Assembly: GCA_964493955.1 (NCBI GenBank)
Contig: CAZBPZ010000001.1
Location: 1-57,752, forward strand
Length of the DNA stretch: 57,752 nucleotides
Direction: 5' to 3'
From: an uncultured Dehalococcoidales bacterium
GTDB taxonomy: Bacteria; Chloroflexota; Dehalococcoidia; Dehalococcoidales; Fen-1064
A program made the position numbers and the translations under genes. Numbering within the stretch: the first letter of the stretch is position 1; every line of letters starts with the position of its first letter. Shown in pieces: positions 25,063 to 34,539 of this stretch. Under the pieces are notes generated by a model, which worked only from the letters and a program-made list of their open reading frames with translations, was not told the DNA's origin and ran no database searches.

Positions 25063-27885
25063 CTACTCCTGTCCGGCGGTGATGGTTTCCAGCCTGGCCA
25101 GGGCCTCATCGAGTGCCCTGAGCTCCTGGCCGTAGCCGGCCCAGTCGCCCTGGCGCAGCCGTTCCTGGGCACGCTCGTAGTGCAGGCGGGCCTCCTTGAC
25201 CAGTGCCGCCACCTCGGGGCTGAGCGGTCCGGCTGGCAGCTCAGGTACCGCTTCCTCCGTTGTTATGTCAACCGGGCTGCTCGGAGGGGCCTCGCCGAAG
25301 ATGACCGCCAGGCTGGCTTCCAGGCCGGGCTCCATCGCAATCCGGTCGCCGGCGGCCACGATGACACGCTTCAGCTCGGGCAGGCCGCCCGTCTCTGCCT
25401 GGAGAAAGACTGGCTCAACGTAGAGGTTGGACCGTCCGATGGGAATGAGCAGCAGGTTGCCGCGGATGACCCGCGAGCCGCCGCGTGCCCAGAGGGCCAG
25501 CTGCTCGGTGATGGTGGTGTTCTGCTGAATCCGGTTTTCAATCTGGCTGGGCCCGTAGACGAGGCGGTCCTTGGGAAAATGGTAGGCCAGGAGCCGGCCG
25601 TAGCTATCGCCGTCGCAGCGGGCCGCCAGCCAGCCGATGGTGTTGTTCTTGTTGACGGGGGTAAACGGCAGCATCAGCAGGAACTCTTCGCGGGGCTCGC
25701 CGGGGAGCCTCATGATGACATAGTACGGCTCCATCAGCTGCTCGCCGCCGGCGTAGACCTCACGCGGCACTGCCCAGAGGTCTTCCTTGTTGTAGAAGAC
25801 GCGGGCATCCTCCATGTGGTAGCTCTGGTAGACAGTGGCCTGGATGGAGAACATGTCCTCCGGGTAGCGCCGGTGCTCTTTGAGGAACTCCGGCATCTGC
25901 TCGGCGGGGACAAACAGGCCGGGGAATATGGCCGCGTAGGTACGGACCATGGCATCCCCGGCATCAGCAGTGTAGAAGGTGGTGGTGCCGTTGTAGGCGT
26001 CCACCACTACCTTGACACTATTGCGTATGTAGTTGATGCCGTCATGCGGCTCGGAGTACGGGTAGCGGTCTGTCACGGTGTAGGCGTCCTGCACCCAGAG
26101 GAGGCGCCCGTCGGTCACCACCAGGTAGGGGTCCCTGTCCAGCACAAGGAACGGTGCGATGCGCTGGACACGTTCCTTAATGTTGCGGTAGTAGAGGATG
26201 CGGCTTTCCGGTGTGAGCTCGCGGCTGATGAGGATGTTGAAATCGCCCATCTGCCAGGCGTAAGCAAGCCGCCTGAAGAAGCCGCCCAGTCTAACGCCGC
26301 CCTCACCCCGGTACTGCGTATAGACATTATCTTCACCGGCCGGGTAGTCAAACTCGTCGGTCTTGGTGCGCACGATGACATACTCGTTGGTGAGCTCGCC
26401 GAAGTAGAGCTCCGGGCGCTCTATCTGGAATATCCCGACAGGCGGCAGGTCCTGCACCAGCAGAGTGGGCAGGCCCTCGAGGCTGACCTCGTTGACGGGG
26501 CTCATGGCAATACCGTAGCCGTGGGTAAACTGGAGGCGGCGGTTGACCCAGGTCTGGGCCTCGCTGGCCAGCCTGCCCGGTGAAAGCTCCCGGGCGGCCA
26601 GCATCACCTGGCGGTATTCACCGTCCACGGTATAGCGGTCAACATCCACGTCATTGAACTCGTAGTAGAGCCGGATGGACTGTATCTGGTTGAAGGTGTC
26701 CTTGAGCGGCCGGTGGTCCCAGAGCCGGATGTTCTTGATGGTGGCGGTATTTTCGGCAATGTCTTCGGCGGTGGGGCTTGTCTCGGCCGGGAAGTCCTGC
26801 TCCTCAACCCGGTCCAGGCCGAAGGCCTGCCGCGTGTACTGGATGTTGTACTCAATATAGGGCATCTCCCGCGCCAGCTCGTTTGGCTCCACCTGAAAGC
26901 GCTGCACAATGGCCGGAAAGGCCGCCCCGACCAGGATGACAGCTACCAGCCAGCTTCCCAGGCCATAGGCCGCCCAGCGCAGCCGGCGCCGGTAGATGGC
27001 CACGCCGAAGAAGATGGCGCAGACCACCACGAAGCTGAGGAGAGTCCACTGGGCGGGTATCTTGGCGTGAATATCGGAATAGCTGGCACCGAAGACCACC
27101 CCGCGTGGCGAAAACACTACTTCCCAGATACTCAGGCGGTAGCCCCAGCCGATAAGCCCGAGGACAGCGATGGCCAGGCCGCCAACGTGGGCCAGCACCC
27201 GGCGGCTGAAGTCGAGCCGCAGGCGCTGCACGGCGTAGCTCAGGGCATAGATGGTAAGCGTAGCCACCAGTGTCACCACCACGGCGCCCAGCAGCCAGCC
27301 ATGCACCGCCCGCTGCAGCGGCAGCGTAAAGACAAAGAAGCTAATGTCCCTGCCAAAGAGCGGGTCGGCCACGCCGAAGCTCTGAGCGTTGGCTGCCTGG
27401 AGCAACGTCAGCCAGCTACCCTGGGCCACCAGGCCGAATATCAGGCCCAGGACGGCCGTCGCCCCGATGACGCTCCACTTCGAGATACGCCGTAGCTGGC
27501 TCACCAGCATCCACGGCCAGACCCCGGTGCTGCTCAGGGGAGAAAGCCGGGTGGCCAGGATGAGATTGCCGGTGAAGAGCCCGGCAAAAACGGCCGCCAT
27601 GACAAAGAAGATGGCGACGCGGGTACCCAGGATGGTGGTGTAAACATCGGCGTAGCCCAGGTCCTGGAACCAGAGCCAGTCAGTATAGATACTCTTGGCA
27701 AAACTGAGGAGGACGAGCAGGCCAATGGCGGCCAGGACGCCGGCCAGAAGGCGCGACGGCCAGTTCCGGGTGGCAGGCCGCACCCGTCGCTGCCCCCCGG
27801 GGGGTGGCGGGGTGCCGCGCCACAGCCTTTCAAGTTCGTCCAAGAGCCTGCCCCCTGAGGTTCCCCTACGGCCACGATAACACAC
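25063..27885 (-). CDS. UPF0182 family membrane protein
   Basis: 940 aa. About 7 N-terminal TM segments, then a large soluble region with ...IRLWDHRPLKDTFNQIQSIRLYYEFNDVDVDRY... typical of UPF0182. GTG start, exact position uncertain. Confidence 0.8.
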   Translation of the reverse strand: MCYRGRRGTSGGRLLDELERLWRGTPPPPGGQRRVRPATRNWPSRLLAGVLAAIGLLVLLSFAKSIYTDWLWFQDLGYADVYTTILGTRVAIFFVMAAVFAGLFTGNLILATRLSPLSSTGVWPWMLVSQLRRISKWSVIGATAVLGLIFGLVAQGSWLTLLQAANAQSFGVADPLFGRDISFFVFTLPLQRAVHGWLLGAVVVTLVATLTIYALSYAVQRLRLDFSRRVLAHVGGLAIAVLGLIGWGYRLSIWEVVFSPRGVVFGASYSDIHAKIPAQWTLLSFVVVCAIFFGVAIYRRRLRWAAYGLGSWLVAVILVGAAFPAIVQRFQVEPNELAREMPYIEYNIQYTRQAFGLDRVEEQDFPAETSPTAEDIAENTATIKNIRLWDHRPLKDTFNQIQSIRLYYEFNDVDVDRYTVDGEYRQVMLAARELSPGRLASEAQTWVNRRLQFTHGYGIAMSPVNEVSLEGLPTLLVQDLPPVGIFQIERPELYFGELTNEYVIVRTKTDEFDYPAGEDNVYTQYRGEGGVRLGGFFRRLAYAWQMGDFNILISRELTPESRILYYRNIKERVQRIAPFLVLDRDPYLVVTDGRLLWVQDAYTVTDRYPYSEPHDGINYIRNSVKVVVDAYNGTTTFYTADAGDAMVRTYAAIFPGLFVPAEQMPEFLKEHRRYPEDMFSIQATVYQSYHMEDARVFYNKEDLWAVPREVYAGGEQLMEPYYVIMRLPGEPREEFLLMLPFTPVNKNNTIGWLAARCDGDSYGRLLAYHFPKDRLVYGPSQIENRIQQNTTITEQLALWARGGSRVIRGNLLLIPIGRSNLYVEPVFLQAETGGLPELKRVIVAAGDRIAMEPGLEASLAVIFGEAPPSSPVDITTEEAVPELPAGPLSPEVAALVKEARLHYERAQERLRQGDWAGYGQELRALDEALARLETITAGQE

Positions 27886-27936
27886 GCCCGGTCAGGGGTC
27901 AATTTCAACGCCCGGGCAGCCGCTCCTGAAGTGGCC

Positions 27937-28968
27937 CTAGACAATCAGCATGGCATCACCAAAGCTGTAAAACCTGTATTTCATGGCCGCGGCCTCCCGG
28001 TAGGCCCGGAGAATGTGGTCCCGCCCGGCGAAGGCGCTTACCAGCATCAGCAGGGTTGAGCGCGGCAGGTGGAAGTTGGTCAGCATGGCATCGGTCACCC
28101 GGAAACGGTAACCGGGCAGGATGAACAGGTCAACCCAGCCCGCCAGCGGCCGCACGGTGCCGTCCTCCCCGGCGGCCGCCTCCACCACCCGCACCGAGGT
28201 TGTTCCCACGCAGATGACACGCCGGCCCTGCGCCCTGGTACGCTGTATCTCCCGGGCCGCTGCCTCCGGTACAACCCCGTACTCACGGTGGATGGTGTGT
28301 TGCCGCGGGTCCTCGGCCGCCACCGGGCGGAAAGTATCCAGGCCGATGTGCAACGTCACGAAGGCAAAACGGGCCCCCTTTTCCCGGAGTGCCGCCAGCA
28401 TCTCCGGCGTGAAATGCAGCCCGGCCGTCGGGGCCGCCACGCTGCCCTCGTTACGGGCGTAGACGGTCTGGTAGCGCTCGGGCTGGGCCAGGGGCACGTG
28501 CACGTAGGGTGGCAGGGCCACCTCCCCCAGCGTTCTCACGGTGGCTTCATCGTCAAAGCGCAGGGTCCGGATACCCCGCTTCCCCTGCCCCACCACCGTG
28601 CACCGGGCCGCGGCCGGGGCACCTTCATCGCGCCCGGTCAGCTCAACTATATCCCCGGGCCGCACCCGCCGGGCCGGCCTCACCAGCGCTTCCCACAGCC
28701 CGGCCTCCAGACGGCGCAGCAGCAGCATCTCTACCCGTCCGCCGCTGCCGGCCCGCCGGCCATACAGCCGCGCCGGCAGGACACGGCTATCATTGAGTAC
28801 CAGCAGGTCGCCCGGGTGGACAAAGTCCGGCAGCTGGCTGAACCGGTGGTGCCCGATGGCGCCGCTCTTCCGGTGCAGTACCATCAGGCGTGACTGACCG
28901 CGGTTGGCCAGCGGGGTCTGGGCAATAAGCTCCCCGGGTAGCTGGTAATCGTAATCGGCCGTACGCAA
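27937..28968 (-). CDS. queA: S-adenosylmethionine:tRNA ribosyltransferase-isomerase
   Basis: TADYDYQLPGELIAQTPLANRGQSRLMVL...TLHIGLDTFRPV...VGTTSVR. TTG start. Confidence 0.9.
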   Translation of the reverse strand: MRTADYDYQLPGELIAQTPLANRGQSRLMVLHRKSGAIGHHRFSQLPDFVHPGDLLVLNDSRVLPARLYGRRAGSGGRVEMLLLRRLEAGLWEALVRPARRVRPGDIVELTGRDEGAPAAARCTVVGQGKRGIRTLRFDDEATVRTLGEVALPPYVHVPLAQPERYQTVYARNEGSVAAPTAGLHFTPEMLAALREKGARFAFVTLHIGLDTFRPVAAEDPRQHTIHREYGVVPEAAAREIQRTRAQGRRVICVGTTSVRVVEAAAGEDGTVRPLAGWVDLFILPGYRFRVTDAMLTNFHLPRSTLLMLVSAFAGRDHILRAYREAAAMKYRFYSFGDAMLIV

Positions 28969-29100
28969 GACCGTGACCTCGATGGGCCTGCCCCGTCACT
29001 ATCCTTAATAGTATAGGCAAACTGCTCCGGCGCCGCCACGGCTGGCAGCAACAAGCAGAATTGTCTACAATGAGGCAGGTAACTGAGGAAAGGGGCAGAG

Positions 29101-30348
29101 ATGCAGCAGACCACCACGGCAGAGATTATGGCGGTTGGCACCGAGATTCTGCGCGGCGAGATTGTTGATACGAACTCGTCCTTCATTGCGGCCAGGCTTC
29201 CCTTGCTGGGCATCGAGGTGCGGCGGCTTTCGGCCCTGGGTGACGATATTGACCGGCTGGCCGCCGCCATTGAAGCGGCCCTGGCCGGGGCGGACCTGCT
29301 CATCACCTGCGGCGGCCTTGGCCCCACCGAGGACGACCTCACCCGGGACGCGATTGCCCGGGTCCTCGGCGAGGAGATGTCGGTTGACCCGGCCCTGGAG
29401 AAGTGGCTGCGCTCCATTTTTGAGAGGGGCGGCCGCCAGATGCCGGCGCACAACCTGCGCCAGGCGCAGCTCGTACCGTCTGCCCAACCGCTGCCCAACC
29501 CGCGCGGCACGGCCCCGGGGTGGTGGGTGGAGAAGGGCGGGAAGACCGTGGTGGCACTGCCCGGCCCGCCCCGCGAGCTGCGCCCGATGTGGCAGGACGA
29601 GGTAGTGCCACGCCTGCGCCGGCGCTTTCCGGCCCGGACCATCCTGGCGCGGACCATCAAGACCTTCAGCATCCCCGAGGCCAGAGTTGCCGAGCTCCTC
29701 AAGCCGTACTTTGATGCCGGCAGCCGTCTCACCGTCGGCATCTACTCCCGGCCGGACGGTAACCAGGTGCGCCTTGTGGCCCGGGGTGATGACGCCGCCG
29801 AGCTGCTGGAGAAGACCATAAGCGAGCTGAGAGAACTGCTCCGGCCCTATGTCTGGGGAGAAGATGAAGATACGCTGGAAGGTGTCATCGGGGGATGGCT
29901 GGGAAGGCGAGGGCTGACCCTGGCGACGATGGAAGAGGCTACGGGCGGTCTGCTGGCGAGCCTGTTGAGCCGGGCATCTTCGGGGTGGTTTTGCGGCGGC
30001 GTTGTGACCACGTTCGAGCAGACAGGGGTTGAAGCCTGGGTCCCGGCCGGGGTGCTCGGCCACCACGGTGCTATCAGCCCTGGGGCCGCCGTGGAGATGG
30101 CGCGGGCCGTTCGCGAGCGCTTCCAGGCTGATTTTGGCCTGGCGGTTACCGCCCTGGCAGGCCCGGAAAACAGCCAGGGGCTGCCCCCGGGGCAGTGTTA
30201 CATCGCCGTGGCGGATGCGCAGGGGGTACGCCACTGGCAGCAGAACTATCCCCCCGGGCGGGGTGATGCCCGTAACCGGGCCGCCGTAGCAGCGCTGTTC
30301 CGCCTCAGGGAGCGCCTGCTGGAGCTCGGCCTGGACCGGGCACCGTGA
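29101..30348 (+). CDS. cinA: CinA family protein (MoCF-type domain plus nicotinamide-nucleotide amidase domain)
   Basis: AEIMAVGTEILRGEIVDTNSSFIA... and the C-terminal PncC-like domain. Confidence 0.85.
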   Translation: MQQTTTAEIMAVGTEILRGEIVDTNSSFIAARLPLLGIEVRRLSALGDDIDRLAAAIEAALAGADLLITCGGLGPTEDDLTRDAIARVLGEEMSVDPALEKWLRSIFERGGRQMPAHNLRQAQLVPSAQPLPNPRGTAPGWWVEKGGKTVVALPGPPRELRPMWQDEVVPRLRRRFPARTILARTIKTFSIPEARVAELLKPYFDAGSRLTVGIYSRPDGNQVRLVARGDDAAELLEKTISELRELLRPYVWGEDEDTLEGVIGGWLGRRGLTLATMEEATGGLLASLLSRASSGWFCGGVVTTFEQTGVEAWVPAGVLGHHGAISPGAAVEMARAVRERFQADFGLAVTALAGPENSQGLPPGQCYIAVADAQGVRHWQQNYPPGRGDARNRAAVAALFRLRERLLELGLDRAP

Positions 30349-30355
30349 CCGGCCA

Positions 30356-30385
30356 TTGACAGCCTGACACGGTGGCTAATACTAT
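30356..30385 (+). promoter_or_regulatory. promoter (TTGACA-N18-TACTAT)
   Basis: Hexamers at 30356-30361 and 30380-30385, upstream of ATG 30443. Confidence 0.45.
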
Positions 30386-30442
30386 GGGGCCAGTGCTACG
30401 GGCGCTCCCGGTACGTTGCGGGGGGTGCACCGGGAATGAGAG

Positions 30443-31090
30443 ATGATATACGAGGACAGGCACACACTGGTAAACATCAGGGCCGGGCGCGATTACCTTG
30501 AGATGTGCCGGCAAAAAATCATCCCGGCCATCCGGGCTGCCGGTGGACATCACCTGGTGCTTGCCACCGGCCTCGTAGGAGACCCCGGCAACAGTTTTCT
30601 CCAGTTCACCGGCTACGAGTCTTTCTCCGCCTGGGAAGCTGCCCAGGGCGCCTTTCCCCCCGAGCGGCAGCAGTACGTGGAGGAGGAGCAGGTGCGCCTC
30701 CTGCGGCCGGTCGTGCCTGACCCGGTAGTGGAGCTGCCGGTCGAGGACCGGCGCCCTGCCTACGGCTACCGCCGCTTTTTCATTGACCCTGCCAGCCTGG
30801 CAGACTTCGTCCGCTACTCACGGGAGGGCGTCTGGCCCCTCTTCCACGCCCGGGGGTGCCGGATGCTGGGCCTGTGGACTCCCCTGGCCGCCACCTACCC
30901 GATGGAAATACTCCTGATTACCGGCTATTACGGGCCGGGCCACTGGGAGGCAACGCGCCTCTTCAGCGGCAAGCCGGACGACGTTGACCAGGAGCTCTGG
31001 GACAGGGGGCGCGAGCTGGGGGAAAAGCGCAGCCGGCTGCTGGTGAACCGAAGCTGGGTCCGCCTCTTTCGTGCCCATCACTTCGACTAA
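30443..31090 (+). CDS. NIPSNAP-like (two dimeric alpha/beta-barrel repeats) protein
   Basis: Two repeats with an L.FTGYESFSAWEA / LITGYYGPGHWEA pattern. The family assignment is tentative. Confidence 0.45.
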   Translation: MIYEDRHTLVNIRAGRDYLEMCRQKIIPAIRAAGGHHLVLATGLVGDPGNSFLQFTGYESFSAWEAAQGAFPPERQQYVEEEQVRLLRPVVPDPVVELPVEDRRPAYGYRRFFIDPASLADFVRYSREGVWPLFHARGCRMLGLWTPLAATYPMEILLITGYYGPGHWEATRLFSGKPDDVDQELWDRGRELGEKRSRLLVNRSWVRLFRAHHFD

Positions 31091-31104
31091 GGAGGAAGAC
31101 AGGC

Positions 31105-31998
31105 GTGGCAGTATTTGCGCTGGATGTCGAGATTACAGATGAGGCTGCCCGGGAAATCATCCCTGACGGTGCCGTTATTGAGCACCTGGCCACCGGCTTT
31201 GGCTTTACCGAGGGGCCGGTCTGGGCCGGCGATAGCCTGCTCTTCAGCGATATTCCCATGAACCGGATTGTCCGCTGGCGGCCCTGCCCGGAGGGGCCAC
31301 AGGTCACCACCTTTCGTTTCCCCAGCGGCAACTCCAACGGCCTCACCTTCGACCGCAGCGGCCGGCTCATCGCCTGCGAGCACAGCACCCGCCGCCTCAC
31401 CCTGACCGAGGCAGACGGCACCATCAGGGTGCTGGCCGACCGTTACCAGGGCAAGCGCCTCAACAGCCCTAACGACGTCGTCGTGCGCAGCGACGGCAGT
31501 ACCTACTTCACCGACCCACCCTACGGCCTGGCCAACCTGACTGACTGGAAAGAGCTACCCTTTAACGGGGTCTACCGGCTTGACCCGGCCGGGCACCTTC
31601 ACCTGCTGGCGGACGACTTTGAGCGGCCCAACGGCCTGGCCTTCTCGCCAGATGAGCGGGTACTTTATGTAAATGACACCGAGCGCGGTCACATTCGTGC
31701 CTTTGACGTGTCGTCCGACGGTGCTGTCAGCCGGGGGCGTGTCCTCATTGAGATGCGGGGCGACGAGCCGGGCCGGCCCGACGGCATGAAGGTGGACACC
31801 AGGGGCAACATCTACTGCACCGGCCCGGGCGGTTTCTGGGTTATAAGCCCGCAGGGTACGTGCCTCGCCCGGGTCAGGCCGCCCGAGCTACCGGCCAACC
31901 TGGCCTGGGGAGACGCTGACCGGCGCAGCCTGTACCTGACCTGCCGCACCGGGCTGTACCGCCTGCGGCTCAACGTGCCGGGGGTACCGGTCTATTAG
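31105..31998 (+). CDS. SMP-30/gluconolactonase/LRE family protein
   Basis: FTEGPVW, NSPNDVVV, RPNGLAFSPDE and PDGMKVD beta-propeller motifs. AAGGAGG SD before GTG 31105. Confidence 0.85.
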   Translation: MAVFALDVEITDEAAREIIPDGAVIEHLATGFGFTEGPVWAGDSLLFSDIPMNRIVRWRPCPEGPQVTTFRFPSGNSNGLTFDRSGRLIACEHSTRRLTLTEADGTIRVLADRYQGKRLNSPNDVVVRSDGSTYFTDPPYGLANLTDWKELPFNGVYRLDPAGHLHLLADDFERPNGLAFSPDERVLYVNDTERGHIRAFDVSSDGAVSRGRVLIEMRGDEPGRPDGMKVDTRGNIYCTGPGGFWVISPQGTCLARVRPPELPANLAWGDADRRSLYLTCRTGLYRLRLNVPGVPVY

Positions 31999-32002
31999 CC
32001 CC

Positions 32003-32488
32003 CTACTGGAAAAAGTCCCGCACCACGTCAAAGTCGGCTGGCAGCAGGGCCAGTACCAGCGGGAACTTGTCCAGCAGGAAGGCGGCCAGCAAGGAATCGG
32101 TGATGAGTCCCTGGCCGAAGAACTTGACAATCGTGGCCAGTATCGCGCCCACGAAGAAACCACCTATCAGCAGCCCGAAGGCGGCCCCACCGAGCCGGTC
32201 CACCCAGCCCAGCATGATGGCCCTGGCCGTGCTGCGCAGCAGGTTGGCCAGCAGGGCGGCAATCACCAGCACCACCACGATTATCAGCACATAGGCCACG
32301 ATGCTGGCAATATCCGGGTTGGAGATGAAGGTAAGCAGGCTGCCCACCTGCTCCTGGAACCTCCCGGCCAGCACCACGCCTACGGCGATGCCCGCCAGGC
32401 TCACGGCTGCCTTGATAAGCCCCTGGGTCAGGCCGCCGAATGCCGCCGCCACCAGGGCCACAGCAATGACGATGTCAAGCCAGTTCAT
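32003..32488 (-). CDS. cvpA: CvpA family membrane protein
   Basis: MNWLDIVIAVALVAAAFGGLTQGLIK... with four TM segments. GGAGGAGG SD before ATG 32488. Confidence 0.8.
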   Translation of the reverse strand: MNWLDIVIAVALVAAAFGGLTQGLIKAAVSLAGIAVGVVLAGRFQEQVGSLLTFISNPDIASIVAYVLIIVVVLVIAALLANLLRSTARAIMLGWVDRLGGAAFGLLIGGFFVGAILATIVKFFGQGLITDSLLAAFLLDKFPLVLALLPADFDVVRDFFQ

Positions 32489-32541
32489 CCAAGCCTCCTC
32501 CTTCGGGCAGGACTGCTCATCGTGCCGGCCACGACAGGGCA

Positions 32542-32571
32542 TTGTAACACAGGCTCACAACTTGGTAAACT
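32542..32571 (+). promoter_or_regulatory. promoter (TTGTAA-N18-TAAACT) for the RACo gene
   Basis: Hexamers at 32542-32547 and 32566-32571. Confidence 0.35.
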
Positions 32572-32587
32572 GGTGGGGCTGCGCCGC

Positions 32588-32602
32588 GGGCACATTGTGC
32601 CC
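32588..32602. promoter_or_regulatory. 15-bp perfect palindrome GGGCACA-T-TGTGCCC (candidate operator)
   Basis: Lies between the predicted promoter and the SD (GGAGG 32613-32617) of the RACo gene. Confidence 0.4.
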
Positions 32603-32624
32603 GTGGGCTTACCGGAGGTCTGAG

Positions 32625-34535
32625 GTGAAACACCGGGTCACGTTCCAGCCGGACGGCATAACAGTTGAGGTTGAGACCGGCGCCACTCTTCTCCAGGCCG
32701 CCGAGCAGGCCGGTATCAGCCTGAACACGCTCTGTGGCGGTGAGGGGCTCTGTGGTGAGTGCCGGCTCCAGGTGCTCCGGGGGAAAGCCCGTGCCGACAA
32801 GCACGCCATCGGCTTCTTCACCAGGAAGGAGCTTCAGGAAGGCTACGTCCTGGCCTGCCAGACAAAGGTTGAGGATGACCTGGAGGTGGCCGTACCTGTC
32901 AGGTCACGTCTGGAGGAGCACCAGATAGTAACTGAAGGTGCGTCGGTCACCTACAGCCGCCCGGAGAGGATAGTGCTGCACCGGCGCCCCTCGGACCCGG
33001 CCGCCTTCTTCGAGCCGCTCGTCAGCAAGACATACCTGGAGCTACCCGAGCCGACCCTGAAGGACAACGTGGCCGATATTGACCGTGTCACCCGTGAGCT
33101 GCGGCGCAGGGTATGGTCGGTGGACTACGAGATTTCCCTGGCCTGCCTGCGTGACCTGCCCGTTACACTCCGTGCCAGCGACTGGAAGGTGACGGCTACC
33201 ATCGCCCGCCATAACGCTGGCGCCCGTATCCTCAACATTGAAAGGGGTGATACCACCGGACAGTGCTACGGCCTGGCGGTGGACGTGGGTACCACCACCG
33301 TGGTGGTGCAGTTGATTGACCTCCGTAACGGCAAGGTGCTGGGGGTTGAGGGCAGCTATAACCTGCAGTCCCGCTACGGTGAGGACGTAATCTCCCGGAT
33401 GGTTTTTGCCTGCGGGCGCGGCTCGCTTGACCCCGTGCACCGGGCAGTCATTACCAACATCAACGACCTGACTGAGGCCGTCTGCCAGCGCAAGCAGGTA
33501 GCCCGCCGTGATATTCTGGGGGTGGTCGCCGCCGGCAATACCACCATGACCCACTTCCTGCTGGGGCTGATGCCCTGCAACATCCGGCTGGAGCCGTACG
33601 TACCCACCGCCACGGTCTATCCGCAGGTCATGGCCCGGGAGCTGGGGATTGAAATCAACCCGCAGGGCATCATCGAGGTTATGCCCAGCGTGGCCAGCTA
33701 CGTCGGGGGCGACATCGTGGCCGGTGTCCTCGCCACCGGCATCGCGGACACGCCGGAGGTGAAGTGCCTGATTGATGTCGGCACCAACGGTGAGATTGTC
33801 ATCGGCAACAATGAGTGGCTGGTCTGCTGCTCTGCCTCGGCCGGCCCTGCCTTTGAAGGGGGCGGCGCCCGCAGCGGCATGCGGGCTGCCCGTGGTGCCA
33901 TCCAGAAGATAGTGATTGAGAACGGGGCGGTGTCCTACGAGACCATCGGCAAGGCCCGGCCGCGCGGCATCTGTGGCTCTGGCCTGATTGATGCCATCTA
34001 CGAGTTCGTCAGGAACGGTATCATCGGGCCGGATGGGACCTTCAACCCCGAGCGGGCCGGTGAGCGGCTCATCCCCGATGACGACCCGCGCTACATCATC
34101 GCCCCCGCCGAAGAGACCGAGGATGGGGAGCCGGTGACCCTCTCCGAGGCCGAGATTGGCAACCTGATAAAGTCGAAGGGGGCCGTCTTCGCCGCCATCA
34201 AGTCGCTGGCCGACTACGTGGGTATTCCCTTCTCGGCGCTGGGCACAATCTACGTGGCCGGGGGCTTCGGCAGCTCACTGGACATCGGCAAGGCGATTGC
34301 CATCGGTCTCTTGCCGGATGTGCCGCGGGAGAGGGTGCAGTTCGTGGGCAACAGCTCGGTGATGGGGGCACGCATGGCCCTTATCTCGGCGCCCGCCTTC
34401 GAGAAGGCAATAGGTATCGCCAAGCGGATGACCAACATTGAGCTTTCCGCCTACCCGCCCTTCATGGACGAGTTCGTGGCCGCCCTCTTTCTGCCCCACA
34501 CCAACCGCAGCCTGTTCCCATCGGTCACCTTCTAG
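32625..34535 (+). CDS. corrinoid activation/regeneration protein (RACo-type: 2Fe-2S ferredoxin domain plus ASKHA ATPase, DUF4445)
   Basis: N-terminal plant-type ferredoxin (CGGEGLCGECRLQV...ACQ) followed by ASKHA motifs (GLAVDVGTTTVV, DVGTNGEI, GGFGS). GTG 32625 lies 7 nt after GGAGG. The upstream part of the 744-aa ORF is shadow. Confidence 0.8.
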   Translation: MKHRVTFQPDGITVEVETGATLLQAAEQAGISLNTLCGGEGLCGECRLQVLRGKARADKHAIGFFTRKELQEGYVLACQTKVEDDLEVAVPVRSRLEEHQIVTEGASVTYSRPERIVLHRRPSDPAAFFEPLVSKTYLELPEPTLKDNVADIDRVTRELRRRVWSVDYEISLACLRDLPVTLRASDWKVTATIARHNAGARILNIERGDTTGQCYGLAVDVGTTTVVVQLIDLRNGKVLGVEGSYNLQSRYGEDVISRMVFACGRGSLDPVHRAVITNINDLTEAVCQRKQVARRDILGVVAAGNTTMTHFLLGLMPCNIRLEPYVPTATVYPQVMARELGIEINPQGIIEVMPSVASYVGGDIVAGVLATGIADTPEVKCLIDVGTNGEIVIGNNEWLVCCSASAGPAFEGGGARSGMRAARGAIQKIVIENGAVSYETIGKARPRGICGSGLIDAIYEFVRNGIIGPDGTFNPERAGERLIPDDDPRYIIAPAEETEDGEPVTLSEAEIGNLIKSKGAVFAAIKSLADYVGIPFSALGTIYVAGGFGSSLDIGKAIAIGLLPDVPRERVQFVGNSSVMGARMALISAPAFEKAIGIAKRMTNIELSAYPPFMDEFVAALFLPHTNRSLFPSVTF

Positions 34536-34539
34536 GGGC

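Noticed and set aside
24388-26583. 731-aa ORF on the plus strand
   Set aside because: It is antisense to the HAD phosphatase and the UPF0182 gene. It has no motifs, and the opposite strand has strong family signatures.
28884-30234. 285-aa and 389-aa ORFs on the minus strand
   Set aside because: They are antisense to cinA and have no motifs.
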